DNA of 64,000 nucleotides from an uncultured Candidatus Micrarchaeota archaeon (GTDB lineage: Archaea > Micrarchaeota > Micrarchaeia > Anstonellales > Bilamarchaeaceae). The first letter of the stretch is position 1. Each line of letters opens with the position of its first letter. Below the pieces are notes generated by a model. That model was not told the DNA's origin. It searched no databases and saw only the letters and a program-made list of their open reading frames with translations. Positions 39,901-48,111 of the stretch are shown in pieces. Location of the stretch: positions 64,001-128,000 of the forward strand of contig OY970229.1 of NCBI GenBank assembly GCA_963714085.1. Direction: 5' to 3'. A program made the translations under genes and the position numbers.

Positions 39901-42900
39901 GGAGTTCCTGCTCCAGTTTATCGTGTAGGACTCCCCGCCTGCCGCGAGGGAATCGTTTATTGATAGCGAGGTGTTGGCCATGGAGCCGGACGGGTCCAGG
40001 AAGGTCGTGTTTGCCATGTTGTAGGTGACGCCGTTGTTGCTGTAGGCATAGAAGTCGTAGTCGTTCCGGAAGAGCGTGGTGTTCCAGAACTGGTTCCCGG
40101 CCGAGCCGCCGAACTGGCTTATTATCGCCATGCCATATGCGGGATTGCCTGGAGAACCGGTATTGTTGTACGCGCTGTTCCCGATGAACGTATTGCCGTT
40201 GGCGTCGAAAAGCCGGAAGCCGTACTGCGTGTTGTTGTACGCGTTGTTGTAGAGGTAGGTGTCATTGGTGCAGCTGATGGCGAAGCCGTACAGCGTGTTG
40301 TTGTACGCGTTGTTCCCGGTGAAGGTGTTGTTCTCGCATGAGATGAGATGGAAGCCCTCGCTGCCGCCGGAGACGTTGTTCCCGCTGAAGGAGTTGTTGT
40401 TCGCGAGCCCGCCCAGGTAGAAGCCGTAGTCCGCGTTCCCCAAGACGACGTTGTCCGTGAACGTGTTGTCGGAGGCGCCGGATTCGATGCGGAATCCGGC
40501 ATAGGAATCGTTATACACCGTGTTGCCGCTGAAGATGCTGGCCGAAGCGCCAGAGGCGTAGAAGCCGTTGAAGCACTGGGATACGGAATTGTTGGAATAG
40601 ACGTTTCCGGTCCCGAGCGAGGCGATGCAGGTATCGGTGTCGTTGTACACGCTATTGTTGGAGATGTCGCCTCCTGAGAGGGAACCCGTGTAAATGCCGT
40701 AGTAATAGCCGCTGATTCCTGCGCAGTTCTCCACCGTGACGTTGGTGAGCGAGCCGTTGATGGCTATGCCGAAGGTCGTCCCTGCGGTGCCGTTGTTGGC
40801 TATGCTGTAGCCGTTGCAGTCGAAGACCACGTCGGATGCGGCTATTTTCACGCAGACCGTGCCGCTCAGCTCCGGAGCGCCGTTCGGCGCCCCGGTGTAG
40901 TTCATGTCCTGGGTGTATGTTCCGCTCTCGTTGATGACCGGGCAGTTGATGGTGCTGTTCCCGAATATGCCATAGTCGCTTCCAGGAGAGAGATCAGTCA
41001 AGGCTAAGGTATCCGAAGAGAGGTCGGGGGTGACGTTCAGCGGGGTCCAGCCGCTGGAGTTGTACACCCACAGCTGGAAAGTGCTCTGGTCGTATCCGTT
41101 GGCTTCCCCATCGGTCCAGCTCCAGACGATGCTGTCGATGGACACCGGGGGGCTTAACGCGGAGATGTTCACGAACGTCTGGGCGAAGGGCTGGTAGGGG
41201 GGCGCGGTCTCGTTGGCCGTCCAGTTTATGGCGTATTCCTCGCCGTTGTTGACGATGTCGTTGATGCTCAGGTTGGTGAAGTTCTCCATCGAGCCGGTCG
41301 GGTTGTCGAAGACGATGCCGGAGAGGTTGATCGTGATAGGGGGGCCGGAATAATCCGCCACGTCCAGGTCATAGCCGTTGTTGGACAGGTATTGGCCCGT
41401 CACAGAGGTCTGGTCGGAGCCCATGGACAAGCCGACATGTGAGTTGTTGGTAGCGCGGTTGTCATCCATGGAATTATTGGTCCCGGATATCGTGATGCCG
41501 GTGTGACCGTTGTTGTCGGCGCTGTTGTTGGACAGGCTGTTGTTGCCGCCATAGAGCCCGATGCCGTCCCATGCGTTGTTGTCAGCGCTGTTGCCGTACA
41601 GGGTGTTGTTGTCGCCACCGAGCCCGATGCCGTCATCCCCGTTGTTGTCGGCGCTGTTGTTGGACAGGGTGTTGTTGCCGCCACTGAGCCCGATGCCCTC
41701 GTAAGACTCGTTGTCGCAGCTGTTGTTCGTGATGTTGTTATTGGAACCTGTGATCTCAATTCCGAGGTTATTGCCGTCCAAGTCATTATTATATATGGCA
41801 GTATTGTCCGTTGGAGGAGAACTGGAGTGGATGCCACCATAACTGTTATTGTTGACGCGATTGCCGGATATCGTCTCCTGGCTCGAATTATCGAGCGCGA
41901 TGGCGTCTTCGTTGTTGTATATGCTGTTGTCATCAAGCGTATTCTGGTCCGATGAGGAATAGAGGGCGATGGCCGAGTAGCCGCCGTTGGTGAACGTGTT
42001 GTTGGCGATGGTATTGTTGCTCGAGGTATCGAGCACGAGGCCGATGTTGCTGTCGTTGCTCACGCTGTTGTTATACAAGGTATTGTTGTTGCTCCCGAAA
42101 CCGAAGAAGATGCCGTAATCGTTGTTGTGGTCGATGCTATTGTCGTATATGACATTGTTGCTCGATGAATCGGTGTCGTTATTGTAACCGCCCAGGCCGA
42201 TGCTGTAATCACTGTCGTAGTCGAGATGGTTGTCGTATATGCGGTTGTTGTTGGATTTGTTGAGGTATATGCCGTTCGCGTTCGAGAAGCTGTTGTTGGA
42301 GAAATCATTGCCATGCAGGGCGTTACTGTCCGATGAATCGAGCACGATGCCGGCACCGCGGTTGTAGTACGCGTTGATGTTCGTGAATTCGCTGCCGTCG
42401 GACTGGTTGGCGTAGATGCCGTCTTCGTATCTGGATATCCAGGGGCAGTTCTCCACCGTGACGTCTGTGAGGGGCCCGACCAGCAGGATGCCGTAGGTGG
42501 GGCCGCCGGTGCCGCCATTGGTGATGCTGTGGCCGTTGCAGTTGTAGACGACGTCGGAGGCCGTGATCTCCACGCAGGCCGAGCCGGCGAGCGGAGACGC
42601 ATCGTTCGGTTCACCGACGTAGTCCATGCCCTGGGTATAGGTGCCGCCCGAGCTGATGACCGGGCAGCCAACGGAGATTATGCCGCCCTGGAGTATGCCG
42701 TACTCGCCCGCCGGAGTGAAGTTCGTCAAGGCCAAAGTGTGCGAAGATGTGTCCGGGGTCTCGTTCACCACGTACCAATACCCTCCGTAGAGACCGTTCC
42801 AGAGGCTGAGGTTGCTCTCGTTGTATCCTAAGGCTTCCGTGGCGGTCCAGCTCCATACTGCGCTGTCGATCGTCAGCGGGGGGGAGGCGTACAAATCGAT

Positions 42901-43563
42901 GCGCACGAACTTCTGGATGAAAGACTCGCGGGGAGTCGGGGTATCATTGGCCATCCAGCTGATGGAGAAGCCTCCGACGTCGTTCAAGGTGTCGTTGACG
43001 CTCAGATTCGTGTAGTTCTCCATGGTGCCTGAAGGATTATCGAAGATCATGCCGGATAGGCTGACCGAGAACGGGTTGCCGATATCGTCATGGACTATCA
43101 GGTCGTTGGTGTTGTTGGAGAAGTACTGGCCCTGCACCACGGTCTGGTCGGAGTCCTGTATATACAATCCGGTATTGGAATTGTTCATTGCTGCGTCATT
43201 GATCAGGCTGATGATTGCTGACTGGTAGACGAAGATGCCATTGGAGTAGCCGGAAATCCCCGGGCAGTTCTGTATCGTGACGTTGCTGACCTCCGAGGGG
43301 ACCGCGATGCCGTAGGTGGTGCCGCCCGTGCCGTCATTTATTATGTAGTGGCCGTCGCAGTCTAAGACGACGTCAGAAGCCAAGATCTTCACGCAGGCCA
43401 AGCCGCCATCGGGCATCTCTGAAGCGCTGTTGGGGGCTCCGGTCAGGTCCGCCGTCAGCGTGTAAGAGTCAGAGGCGCTTATCACCTGGCAGCTTCCGAT
43501 TCCGGTCGGGTACGATACGCCCATCAGGAGCAGGAACACCACGAGGACAAAAATGGATTTCAT
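33919..43563 (-). CDS. Giant surface adhesin-like glycoprotein (~3214 aa): 3 beta-helix modules + 17 HYR repeats + Cys-rich anchor
   Basis: Signal MKSIFVLVVFLLL at ATG 43563, NosD-like rungs, HYR consensus GS.FPIG.T.V.C.ATD.YGN.A..SF.VT, C-terminal TM and basic tail. Confidence 0.9.
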   Translation of the reverse strand: MKSIFVLVVFLLLMGVSYPTGIGSCQVISASDSYTLTADLTGAPNSASEMPDGGLACVKILASDVVLDCDGHYIINDGTGGTTYGIAVPSEVSNVTIQNCPGISGYSNGIFVYQSAIISLINDAAMNNSNTGLYIQDSDQTVVQGQYFSNNTNDLIVHDDIGNPFSVSLSGMIFDNPSGTMENYTNLSVNDTLNDVGGFSISWMANDTPTPRESFIQKFVRIDLYASPPLTIDSAVWSWTATEALGYNESNLSLWNGLYGGYWYVVNETPDTSSHTLALTNFTPAGEYGILQGGIISVGCPVISSGGTYTQGMDYVGEPNDASPLAGSACVEITASDVVYNCNGHSITNGGTGGPTYGILLVGPLTDVTVENCPWISRYEDGIYANQSDGSEFTNINAYYNRGAGIVLDSSDSNALHGNDFSNNSFSNANGIYLNKSNNNRIYDNHLDYDSDYSIGLGGYNNDTDSSSNNVIYDNSIDHNNDYGIFFGFGSNNNTLYNNSVSNDSNIGLVLDTSSNNTIANNTFTNGGYSAIALYSSSDQNTLDDNSIYNNEDAIALDNSSQETISGNRVNNNSYGGIHSSSPPTDNTAIYNNDLDGNNLGIEITGSNNNITNNSCDNESYEGIGLSGGNNTLSNNSADNNGDDGIGLGGDNNTLYGNSADNNAWDGIGLYGGNNSLSNNSADNNGHTGITISGTNNSMDDNRATNNSHVGLSMGSDQTSVTGQYLSNNGYDLDVADYSGPPITINLSGIVFDNPTGSMENFTNLSINDIVNNGEEYAINWTANETAPPYQPFAQTFVNISALSPPVSIDSIVWSWTDGEANGYDQSTFQLWVYNSSGWTPLNVTPDLSSDTLALTDLSPGSDYGIFGNSTINCPVINESGTYTQDMNYTGAPNGAPELSGTVCVKIAASDVVFDCNGYSIANNGTAGTTFGIAINGSLTNVTVENCAGISGYYYGIYTGSLSGGDISNNSVYNDTDTCIASLGTGNVYSNNSVSQCFNGFYASGASASIFSGNTVYNDSYAGFRIESGASDNTFTDNVVLGNADYGFYLGGLANNNSFSGNNVSGGSEGFHLISCENNTFTGNNAYNNTLYGFAISCTNDTYLYNNAYNNTQYGFRLFDANGNTFIGNSAYNNTGSPGNPAYGMAIISQFGGSAGNQFWNTTLFRNDYDFYAYSNNGVTYNMANTTFLDPSGSMANTSLSINDSLAAGGESYTINWSRNSTALPASAPISFNKFVDIKNQSAGVSIDSVTWSWQDSELSGYNDTKFELWESDASGWTRLNNTPDTVADTLGFTGLIPSSTYGILQNNVTTIPTINLMFPPDAYITNSGSIDFAFNASDDYYPTLSCSLYLDGNLNQTNATTQNSTATDFPLLGIADGYHNWFINCTDLANETNFSETRSFTVDTIPPVISGISNITQTATNLTNNVTYSPTAKDEYNVSVPVICNPVSGSMFPIGNTTVNCNATDIYGNTANASFRVTENPGTTPPTISGISNINDTATNYTGSTETYSPTATDEYNVSVPVICNPVSGSMFPIGNTTVNCTATDIYGNQANESFNVTENPGTVAPIISGISNINDTATNYTGSTETYSPTAKDEYNVSVPVICNPVSGSMFPIGNTTVNCTATDIYGNQANESFNVTENPGTTPPTFSGISNINDTATNYTGSTETYSPTAKDEYNVSVPVLCTPVSGSLFPIGNTTVNCNATDIYGNTANASFRVTENPGTTPPTISGISNITQTATNLTNNVTYSPTATDEYNVSVPVICNPVSGSMFPIGNTTVNCNATDIYGNTANASFRVTENPGTTPPTISGISNITQTATNLTNNVTYSPTATDEYNVSVPVICNPVSGSMFPIGNTTVNCTATDIYGNQANESFNVTENPGTVAPIISGISNINDTATNYTGSTETYSPTAKDEYNVSVPVLCTPVSGSLFPIGNTTVNCNATDIYGNTANASFRVTENPGTTPPTISGISNITQTATNLTNNVTYSPTAKDEYNVSVPVLCTPVSGSLFPIGNTTVNCNATDIYGNTANASFRVTENPGTTPPTISGISNITNTATNLTNNVTYSPTAKDEYNVSVPVLCTPVSGSLFPIGNTTVNCNATDIYGNTANASFRVTENPGTTPPTISGISNINVTTATSNGTIETYAPTAKDEYNVSINVSCVPPSGSMFPIGTTPVNCSATDPYGNTANASFNVTVNPIIAPLTLSPSSVAQGQSLNGTITGLAPISPFGSVIISTTYNSSPLLTTAPIPALSLLEASNTSLGNGIVLVDCPFGSAQFTPPGYPGGALDNITCLVSTSFPTTSIGTYGLTVSFYTSGNGTGNPSVISTGTLTVVAVPPIPPTISGISNITNTATNLTNNVTYSPTAKDEYNVSVPVICNPVSGSMFPIGNTTVNCNATDIYGNTANASFRVTENPGTTPPTISGISNITQTATNLTNNVTYSPTAKDEYNVSVPVICNPVSGSMFPIGNTTVNCNATDIYGNTANASFRVTENPGTTPPTISGISNITNTATNLTNNVTYSPTAKDEYNVSVPVICNPVSGSMFPIGNTTVNCNATDIYGNTANASFRVTENPGTTPPTISGISNITQTATNLTNNVTYSPTAKDEYNVSVPVLCTPVSGSLFPIGNTTVNCNATDIYGNTANASFRVTENPGTTPPTISGISNITQTATNLTNNVTYSPTATDEYNVSVPVLCTPVSGSLFPIGNTTVNCNATDIYGNTANASFRVTENPGTTPPTISGISNITQTATNLTNNVTYSPTAKDEYNVSVPVLCTPVSGSLFPIGNTTVNCNATDIYGNTANASFRVTENPGTTPPTISGISNITDTTANPLGATEIYTPTATDEYGQLVNVSCTPVSGSLFPIGTTQVNCTATDAYSNTANASFNVTEILSVAPSSPPSGGVSLAAMSLSYSIAPCPANQVTITSSSGEGANIRLLLTSPYGGLVEQQTTGSDGTATFSLAANGTYEADASRSGYRPTSITFAFTTCPAATANITPPITPVAPVNQTLNCTSDADCADNQLCNIPPGANMGNCQNITGCGKAANHVLVPYQCGSGSNCPQCGYGQMCMANICRSFDLTGPSSGFVGENTSVQAMKDNSVCMDCDIRITDPTGNVISGKTDSAGDFSLQLVYAGAYDVSYIENGTVVRTLQIEALPGAAPVQQPPHPSTTAGFNAGLVIWPLLLLVLVIIIAAIAYWMLRSKPKGSYGSKGPKRT
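34895..36550 (-). repeat. HYR tandem array B, 7 units of ~237 nt
   Basis: Counted in the translation. Units are near-identical at the DNA level. Confidence 0.92.
36971..39355 (-). repeat. HYR tandem array A, 10 units of 237-240 nt
   Basis: Counted in the translation. Contains 79-aa and 80-aa unit types. Confidence 0.92.
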
Positions 43564-43628
43564 ATTGCCCCTATCGGAATTAACTTTATTAATGTTGCTC
43601 ATCGAGCACCCGGCATCGCGACGCAGCC

Positions 43629-44336
43629 CTAGAGCTTCAAATCCTTGGCCAATCGCACGACCTGGAAGAGCTCGTTGAGCTTCTCGTAGTCGGATATCCT
43701 GCCGATGTCGAACCATACGTCGTCGAAGACGTAGGGCGCGATGCGCTCGCCCTTCTCGAGCATGCGGGGGAAGACGCTCTTCGCGAAGTCCTCCTTCTCG
43801 CGGATGTAGCCGAAGACCTCGGGCTCGAACACGTACATGGCCACGTTGTAGTTCTCCTGCAGCAGGGGCTTCTCCTTGAACGATTTTATGCCGTGAGCGT
43901 CGACCTCCGCGACCCCGTACTCTATTGGGAGCATGTGCTTGAGCAGCGCGATGGTCGCGACCGCCTTCTCTTTCTTATGGTGCTCCACCATGGCCTTGAG
44001 GTCTATGTTCGTGATATGGTCGCCCATGACCACCAGGAAGGTCTCGCTGATCTTCCCCCTGCATGGCAGTATGGAGCCCGCGGTGCTGAGCGGCTCCTTC
44101 TCCACCGAGTACTCTATCTTGACGCCGGAGTCCTTCCCGTCCCCGAAATAACCCTCTATCTGCTCGTGCTTGTAGCCGACCGTGAGCACCAGGTCCTTGA
44201 AGCCGTTCCTCTTCAGGTTCTCTATCACGTACCAGAGTATCGGCTTCCCCCCGACCATGAGCATCGGTTTCGGCGTGTAATATGTGTACGGCTTGAGCCG
44301 GGTGCCTTCCCCACCGCAGAGTACGAATGCCTTCAT
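43629..44336 (-). CDS. NDP-sugar pyrophosphorylase (nucleotidyltransferase) family
   Basis: LCGGEGTRLKPYT...PKPM, EKEPLSTAG, WFDIG. GGTGA RBS. Confidence 0.92.
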   Translation of the reverse strand: MKAFVLCGGEGTRLKPYTYYTPKPMLMVGGKPILWYVIENLKRNGFKDLVLTVGYKHEQIEGYFGDGKDSGVKIEYSVEKEPLSTAGSILPCRGKISETFLVVMGDHITNIDLKAMVEHHKKEKAVATIALLKHMLPIEYGVAEVDAHGIKSFKEKPLLQENYNVAMYVFEPEVFGYIREKEDFAKSVFPRMLEKGERIAPYVFDDVWFDIGRISDYEKLNELFQVVRLAKDLKL

Positions 44337-44349
44337 TTCAATCACCTTG

Positions 44350-44967
44350 TCATCTTAGCAGGAAAAAACCTATTAATGCTCCGGTGAGCGAGCACACGAA
44401 GTTCGTGGTGCCCTTGGTGCCCAGCCCCCTCTCCTCCAGGACCCCGAATAGGCTGTCCACCAGGGAGCCGGCGAACCCGGCGAGCCCTATGAATAGCGCG
44501 ACGCTCGCGTTTATGTCGAACACGTACATGGCGCAGAACCCTATGGCGGTCGCCCCGGCCAGCGATGCGACGGTCCCCATGAGCGTGATCGCGCCGCTCC
44601 GGCCGGGCTTGGCGGGCTTCATGGTCGCCAGGTCCACGGGGTTCCCGCCCAGCACGCCGATCTCGGATGCGAACTTGTCCGCGGTCACGGCCGCCACGCA
44701 GCAGAGGTACGGCATCGGACCGATGGCCGGGTTGATCAGCGCGAGCACGGTCGGCAGGAAGCCGTTCGAGAGCACGTTCTCCCAGCCGCGCTCGTGCTCG
44801 TAGATGCCCATTTCGCGCTTTGATTCGTGCTCGTAGCCGGTAACCGCGAGCGCGAGCACGAAGAAGACGAGCATGAGCGCCAGGTACGGCGCGCCCCCGC
44901 TCCAGAATATGAGGATGCCCATGGCCACCGCGAGGATTATGCCCTCCTTGTCAAGCGGCCTGGCCAC
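44350..44967 (-). CDS. DUF92/TMEM19-family membrane protein
   Basis: RGWENVLSNG, ADKFASEIG, PGRSGAITLMG, GSLVDSLFG. Confidence 0.9.
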   Translation of the reverse strand: MARPLDKEGIILAVAMGILIFWSGGAPYLALMLVFFVLALAVTGYEHESKREMGIYEHERGWENVLSNGFLPTVLALINPAIGPMPYLCCVAAVTADKFASEIGVLGGNPVDLATMKPAKPGRSGAITLMGTVASLAGATAIGFCAMYVFDINASVALFIGLAGFAGSLVDSLFGVLEERGLGTKGTTNFVCSLTGALIGFFLLR

Positions 44968-44995
44968 CCGTTCACCTTTTGGGACTAAGAAAAGA

Positions 44996-45304
44996 TCATT
45001 TGACCAGCGTTATCTCGATGGCCGAGACCTTGGACAGCGAGCCGTCCTCGGAGGTCAGCTCCTCGGTCGAGATGTTGATGCCCTTGAGCTGGGCGTTCGG
45101 CATGAACCTGTGCCTCACGATCTCCGCGACGTCCACGGCCCTGGAGATCAGCTTGCCCCTGGCCTTGACCGAGACCTCGTTCGCGCCGTTGTTGAACTGG
45201 GTCACGACCGCCAGCACGTAGCCCATCGCGCTTTTCTTCCCGACGTAGACTATGTTGTCGTCCCTTCTCCGTTCTGGCAATTCTTCCTGCGCTTCGGTTT
45301 CCAT
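44996..45304 (-). CDS. albA: DNA/RNA-binding protein Alba
   Basis: [36 protein letters not shown]. Start at ATG 45304. Confidence 0.96.
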   Translation of the reverse strand: METEAQEELPERRRDDNIVYVGKKSAMGYVLAVVTQFNNGANEVSVKARGKLISRAVDVAEIVRHRFMPNAQLKGINISTEELTSEDGSLSKVSAIEITLVK

Positions 45305-45389
45305 TGAAATACCCCCCTGCTCGTTGATGAAGTCGTAGAACTTAGCTAAGACAAGTAATTTAAAGGTTTGTCCGGTCCAATCCACTCTT

Positions 45390-47156
45390 ATGCCTACGAG
45401 AATCGCAGTGATAGACAGGAACATCTGCATCAGGGCCAAGTGCGGGTACCTCTGTGCCAAGGTCTGCCCGCCGAACAGGATGGGGGAGGAATGCATCACC
45501 GTGGAGAAGGAGAGCGACTTCCCGGTCATATCCGAGGAGCTCTGCATAGGCTGCGGGCTCTGCGTGAAGAAGTGCCCTGTCAGCTGCATCACCATCATAA
45601 ACCTCGCCGGCGAGCTGGAGGACCCGATATACCAGTACGGCATCAACGCCTTCAGGCTCTACGGGCTCCCGCTGCCCAAGGAGGGCGGCGCGGTGTCGCT
45701 CGTGGGCAAGAACGGCATAGGGAAGACGACCGCGATCAGGCTGCTGAGCAGGCAGCTGAGGCCGAATTTCGCGTCCTTCGGAACCGAACTCACGGACGCC
45801 CAGATGCTGGGGAAGCTGTCCATGGAGGTGCGCCGCTATTTCGAGGGGCTGACCGGCGAGCTGAGGATAAGCTCCAAGCCGCAGTACATAGACAGGATAA
45901 GGGAGCTCTCCAAGGGGACCGTGCGCACCCTGCTCAAGAGCTCCAAGGCCGGCGATGCGAAGATAGAGGAGGCGGTGAGGACATTCGCACTTGACGAGAT
46001 ACTCTCGCGCCGCATCTCCCAGCTGAGCGGCGGGGAGCTGCAGAAGGCCGCCATCGCGACCGCCTGGCTCAAGGACGCGGACATCTACTATTTCGACGAG
46101 GTGACCAATTACCTCGACATAGAGGAGCGCCTGCGCATGGCGGTGATACTCCGGGACCTTGCCGAGCGCAAGAGCGTGCTCATGGCGGAGCACGACCTCA
46201 CGATACTGGATTATGTCAGCACCTACGTATATCTCTTGTATGGCGAGGAGAACACCTACGGTGTGGTCTCCCACGTGAAGAACGCCCGCTCCGGGATAAA
46301 CGAGTACCTGGGCGGCTTCCTCAAAGACGAGAACGTCAGGTTCCGCGACATCGAGATAGAGTTCAGCAGGCACAGCGAGTCCGAGATAAAGACCGCCGCG
46401 GTGCTCAAGTACGAGCCGCTCTCCAAGTCCTTCGGCAGCGGAGGCGGGTTCTCATTCACGTCGGATGCGGGCGAGCTGAGGAAGGGGGAGATACTCGGCC
46501 TGGTGGGCAAGAACGCCTTGGGGAAATCGCTCTTCGTCAAGATGCTCGCGGGCGTGGAGAAGCCGGATTCCGGCCTGGCGATAAGCAAGAAGGTCTCCTA
46601 CAAGCCGCAGTACATATCCGCGGAGGAGGTCCAGGTGCAGGAGATGTTCGCGTCGCGGAAGATAGAAGGCGCGGTGTTCGAGGAGGCCAAGAGGAGGCTG
46701 AAGCTCGGCCCGCTCATGGAGAAGAAACTGACCGAGCTCTCCGGAGGGGAGTTGCAGCGGGTCGCGTGCACGCTCGCGCTCAGCCAGGAGGCGGACATCT
46801 ATCTTTTCGACGAGCCGAGCGCGTTCCTTGACATCGAGCAGAGGTTCGAGTTCGCGAAGCTGCTCCGCAGCGTGATAAGCGAGTCGGAGAAAGCCGCGTT
46901 CGTGGTCGACCACGACATCGTGTTCGTGGACGCGATCGCGAACAGATTGGTTGTTTTCGACGGCCACAGCTCTGTGAAAGGACATGCGTCCAAGCCCATG
47001 GACAAGCGCGAGGGCATGAACGGGTTCCTGAAAGTCGCGGGCGTGACCATGAGGCGCGACAAGGACACGAACCGGCCGAGGATAAACAAGCCCGGGAGCC
47101 AGCTGGACGCCGAGCAGAAGGCCGCTGGCGAGTACTTCTATTTCGAGAGGAAATGA
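45390..47156 (+). CDS. rli: Ribosome recycling ATPase ABCE1/RLI
   Basis: N-terminal Fe-S Cys motifs, YGINAFRL, two ABC domains (LSGGELQ), RPRINK..SQLD. Confidence 0.97.
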   Translation: MPTRIAVIDRNICIRAKCGYLCAKVCPPNRMGEECITVEKESDFPVISEELCIGCGLCVKKCPVSCITIINLAGELEDPIYQYGINAFRLYGLPLPKEGGAVSLVGKNGIGKTTAIRLLSRQLRPNFASFGTELTDAQMLGKLSMEVRRYFEGLTGELRISSKPQYIDRIRELSKGTVRTLLKSSKAGDAKIEEAVRTFALDEILSRRISQLSGGELQKAAIATAWLKDADIYYFDEVTNYLDIEERLRMAVILRDLAERKSVLMAEHDLTILDYVSTYVYLLYGEENTYGVVSHVKNARSGINEYLGGFLKDENVRFRDIEIEFSRHSESEIKTAAVLKYEPLSKSFGSGGGFSFTSDAGELRKGEILGLVGKNALGKSLFVKMLAGVEKPDSGLAISKKVSYKPQYISAEEVQVQEMFASRKIEGAVFEEAKRRLKLGPLMEKKLTELSGGELQRVACTLALSQEADIYLFDEPSAFLDIEQRFEFAKLLRSVISESEKAAFVVDHDIVFVDAIANRLVVFDGHSSVKGHASKPMDKREGMNGFLKVAGVTMRRDKDTNRPRINKPGSQLDAEQKAAGEYFYFERK

Positions 47157-47163
47157 GCCGGGT

Positions 47164-48006
47164 TCAATAGAAGCGTATGTCGGTCAAAAGTGTATTGCCC
47201 ATCTGCCCGAGGGATACGGTCACCCTGCCATCGCCAAGGCCGAACTCCCTCTGTTCGCCGACATGCAGGCCGAAATGCCTCGCGTAGGGGACGTCCGGGG
47301 TCGGGTGCCCGAAACAAAGGCAGAAACCCCTGTCTTCCTTATGCGCTTGGGGATCCACGTAGAACAGTATGTATCCCTGGCCCGCATTCGTGACCGCTCT
47401 GTTCTCGATGCGGAACATGGCGCCGCCCTGCATGATGAAGAACCCGTGGCCAAGGTCGCCAAGCCTGACATTGGAGGGGCTTTCCACGAGCAGCTGGTTT
47501 GAAAGGACGGCGCTGCGCCTTGCCGCCGCATCGTCCGTTTTCACCGGCGTCGCTTCGCGGGACGAGAATCTAGGGATCACGGTTGCTGCCGGTTCCCCCA
47601 CCTCGGCCTCCATGAGGCCGTGTTTTCCGGAAACCTTTATCAGCAGCCCCTCGTCGGAAACAAACGAGAAACTCCCCCCGCCGAGGCTCACTCCGCCGCA
47701 CTCCTGGGTGGTGCCTGAGGCAGTATGCTGGATCCTGAACTGCGGATGGCCATGCAAGCTATTGAGGACGATGGAGCATGAGGGGATTATCCCCATGACA
47801 TCCCCTTCCCGGGAGGCCGACGTGAACAGGCTGACCTTGCGTCCGACCAGATGCGCCGCATCCTCAGTGGCGGCGGGGACCGGGGCGGCCTGCGGATCGC
47901 TGCGCCCGAATGTCCTCACGCTGGATCGGAGTGCGGCTCCAAGTCTGGCGACGGCGTCGCCATCACTGTGCGGGGTCGGGACGGTTTTCTGGGTTGGGTT
48001 GACCAT
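47164..48006 (-). CDS. Hypothetical protein
   Basis: 280-aa ORF downstream of a TTTTTATA box. No motif recognised. Confidence 0.65.
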   Translation of the reverse strand: MVNPTQKTVPTPHSDGDAVARLGAALRSSVRTFGRSDPQAAPVPAATEDAAHLVGRKVSLFTSASREGDVMGIIPSCSIVLNSLHGHPQFRIQHTASGTTQECGGVSLGGGSFSFVSDEGLLIKVSGKHGLMEAEVGEPAATVIPRFSSREATPVKTDDAAARRSAVLSNQLLVESPSNVRLGDLGHGFFIMQGGAMFRIENRAVTNAGQGYILFYVDPQAHKEDRGFCLCFGHPTPDVPYARHFGLHVGEQREFGLGDGRVTVSLGQMGNTLLTDIRFY

Positions 48007-48111
48007 AGATCATCGTATTGATTGTGTTCCAAAGTATATAAAAAAGTATCTTTTGTGGGAATCGTGACTTCGAAATATAAATGTTACTACTTATGATATA
48101 TCTTGATTACT

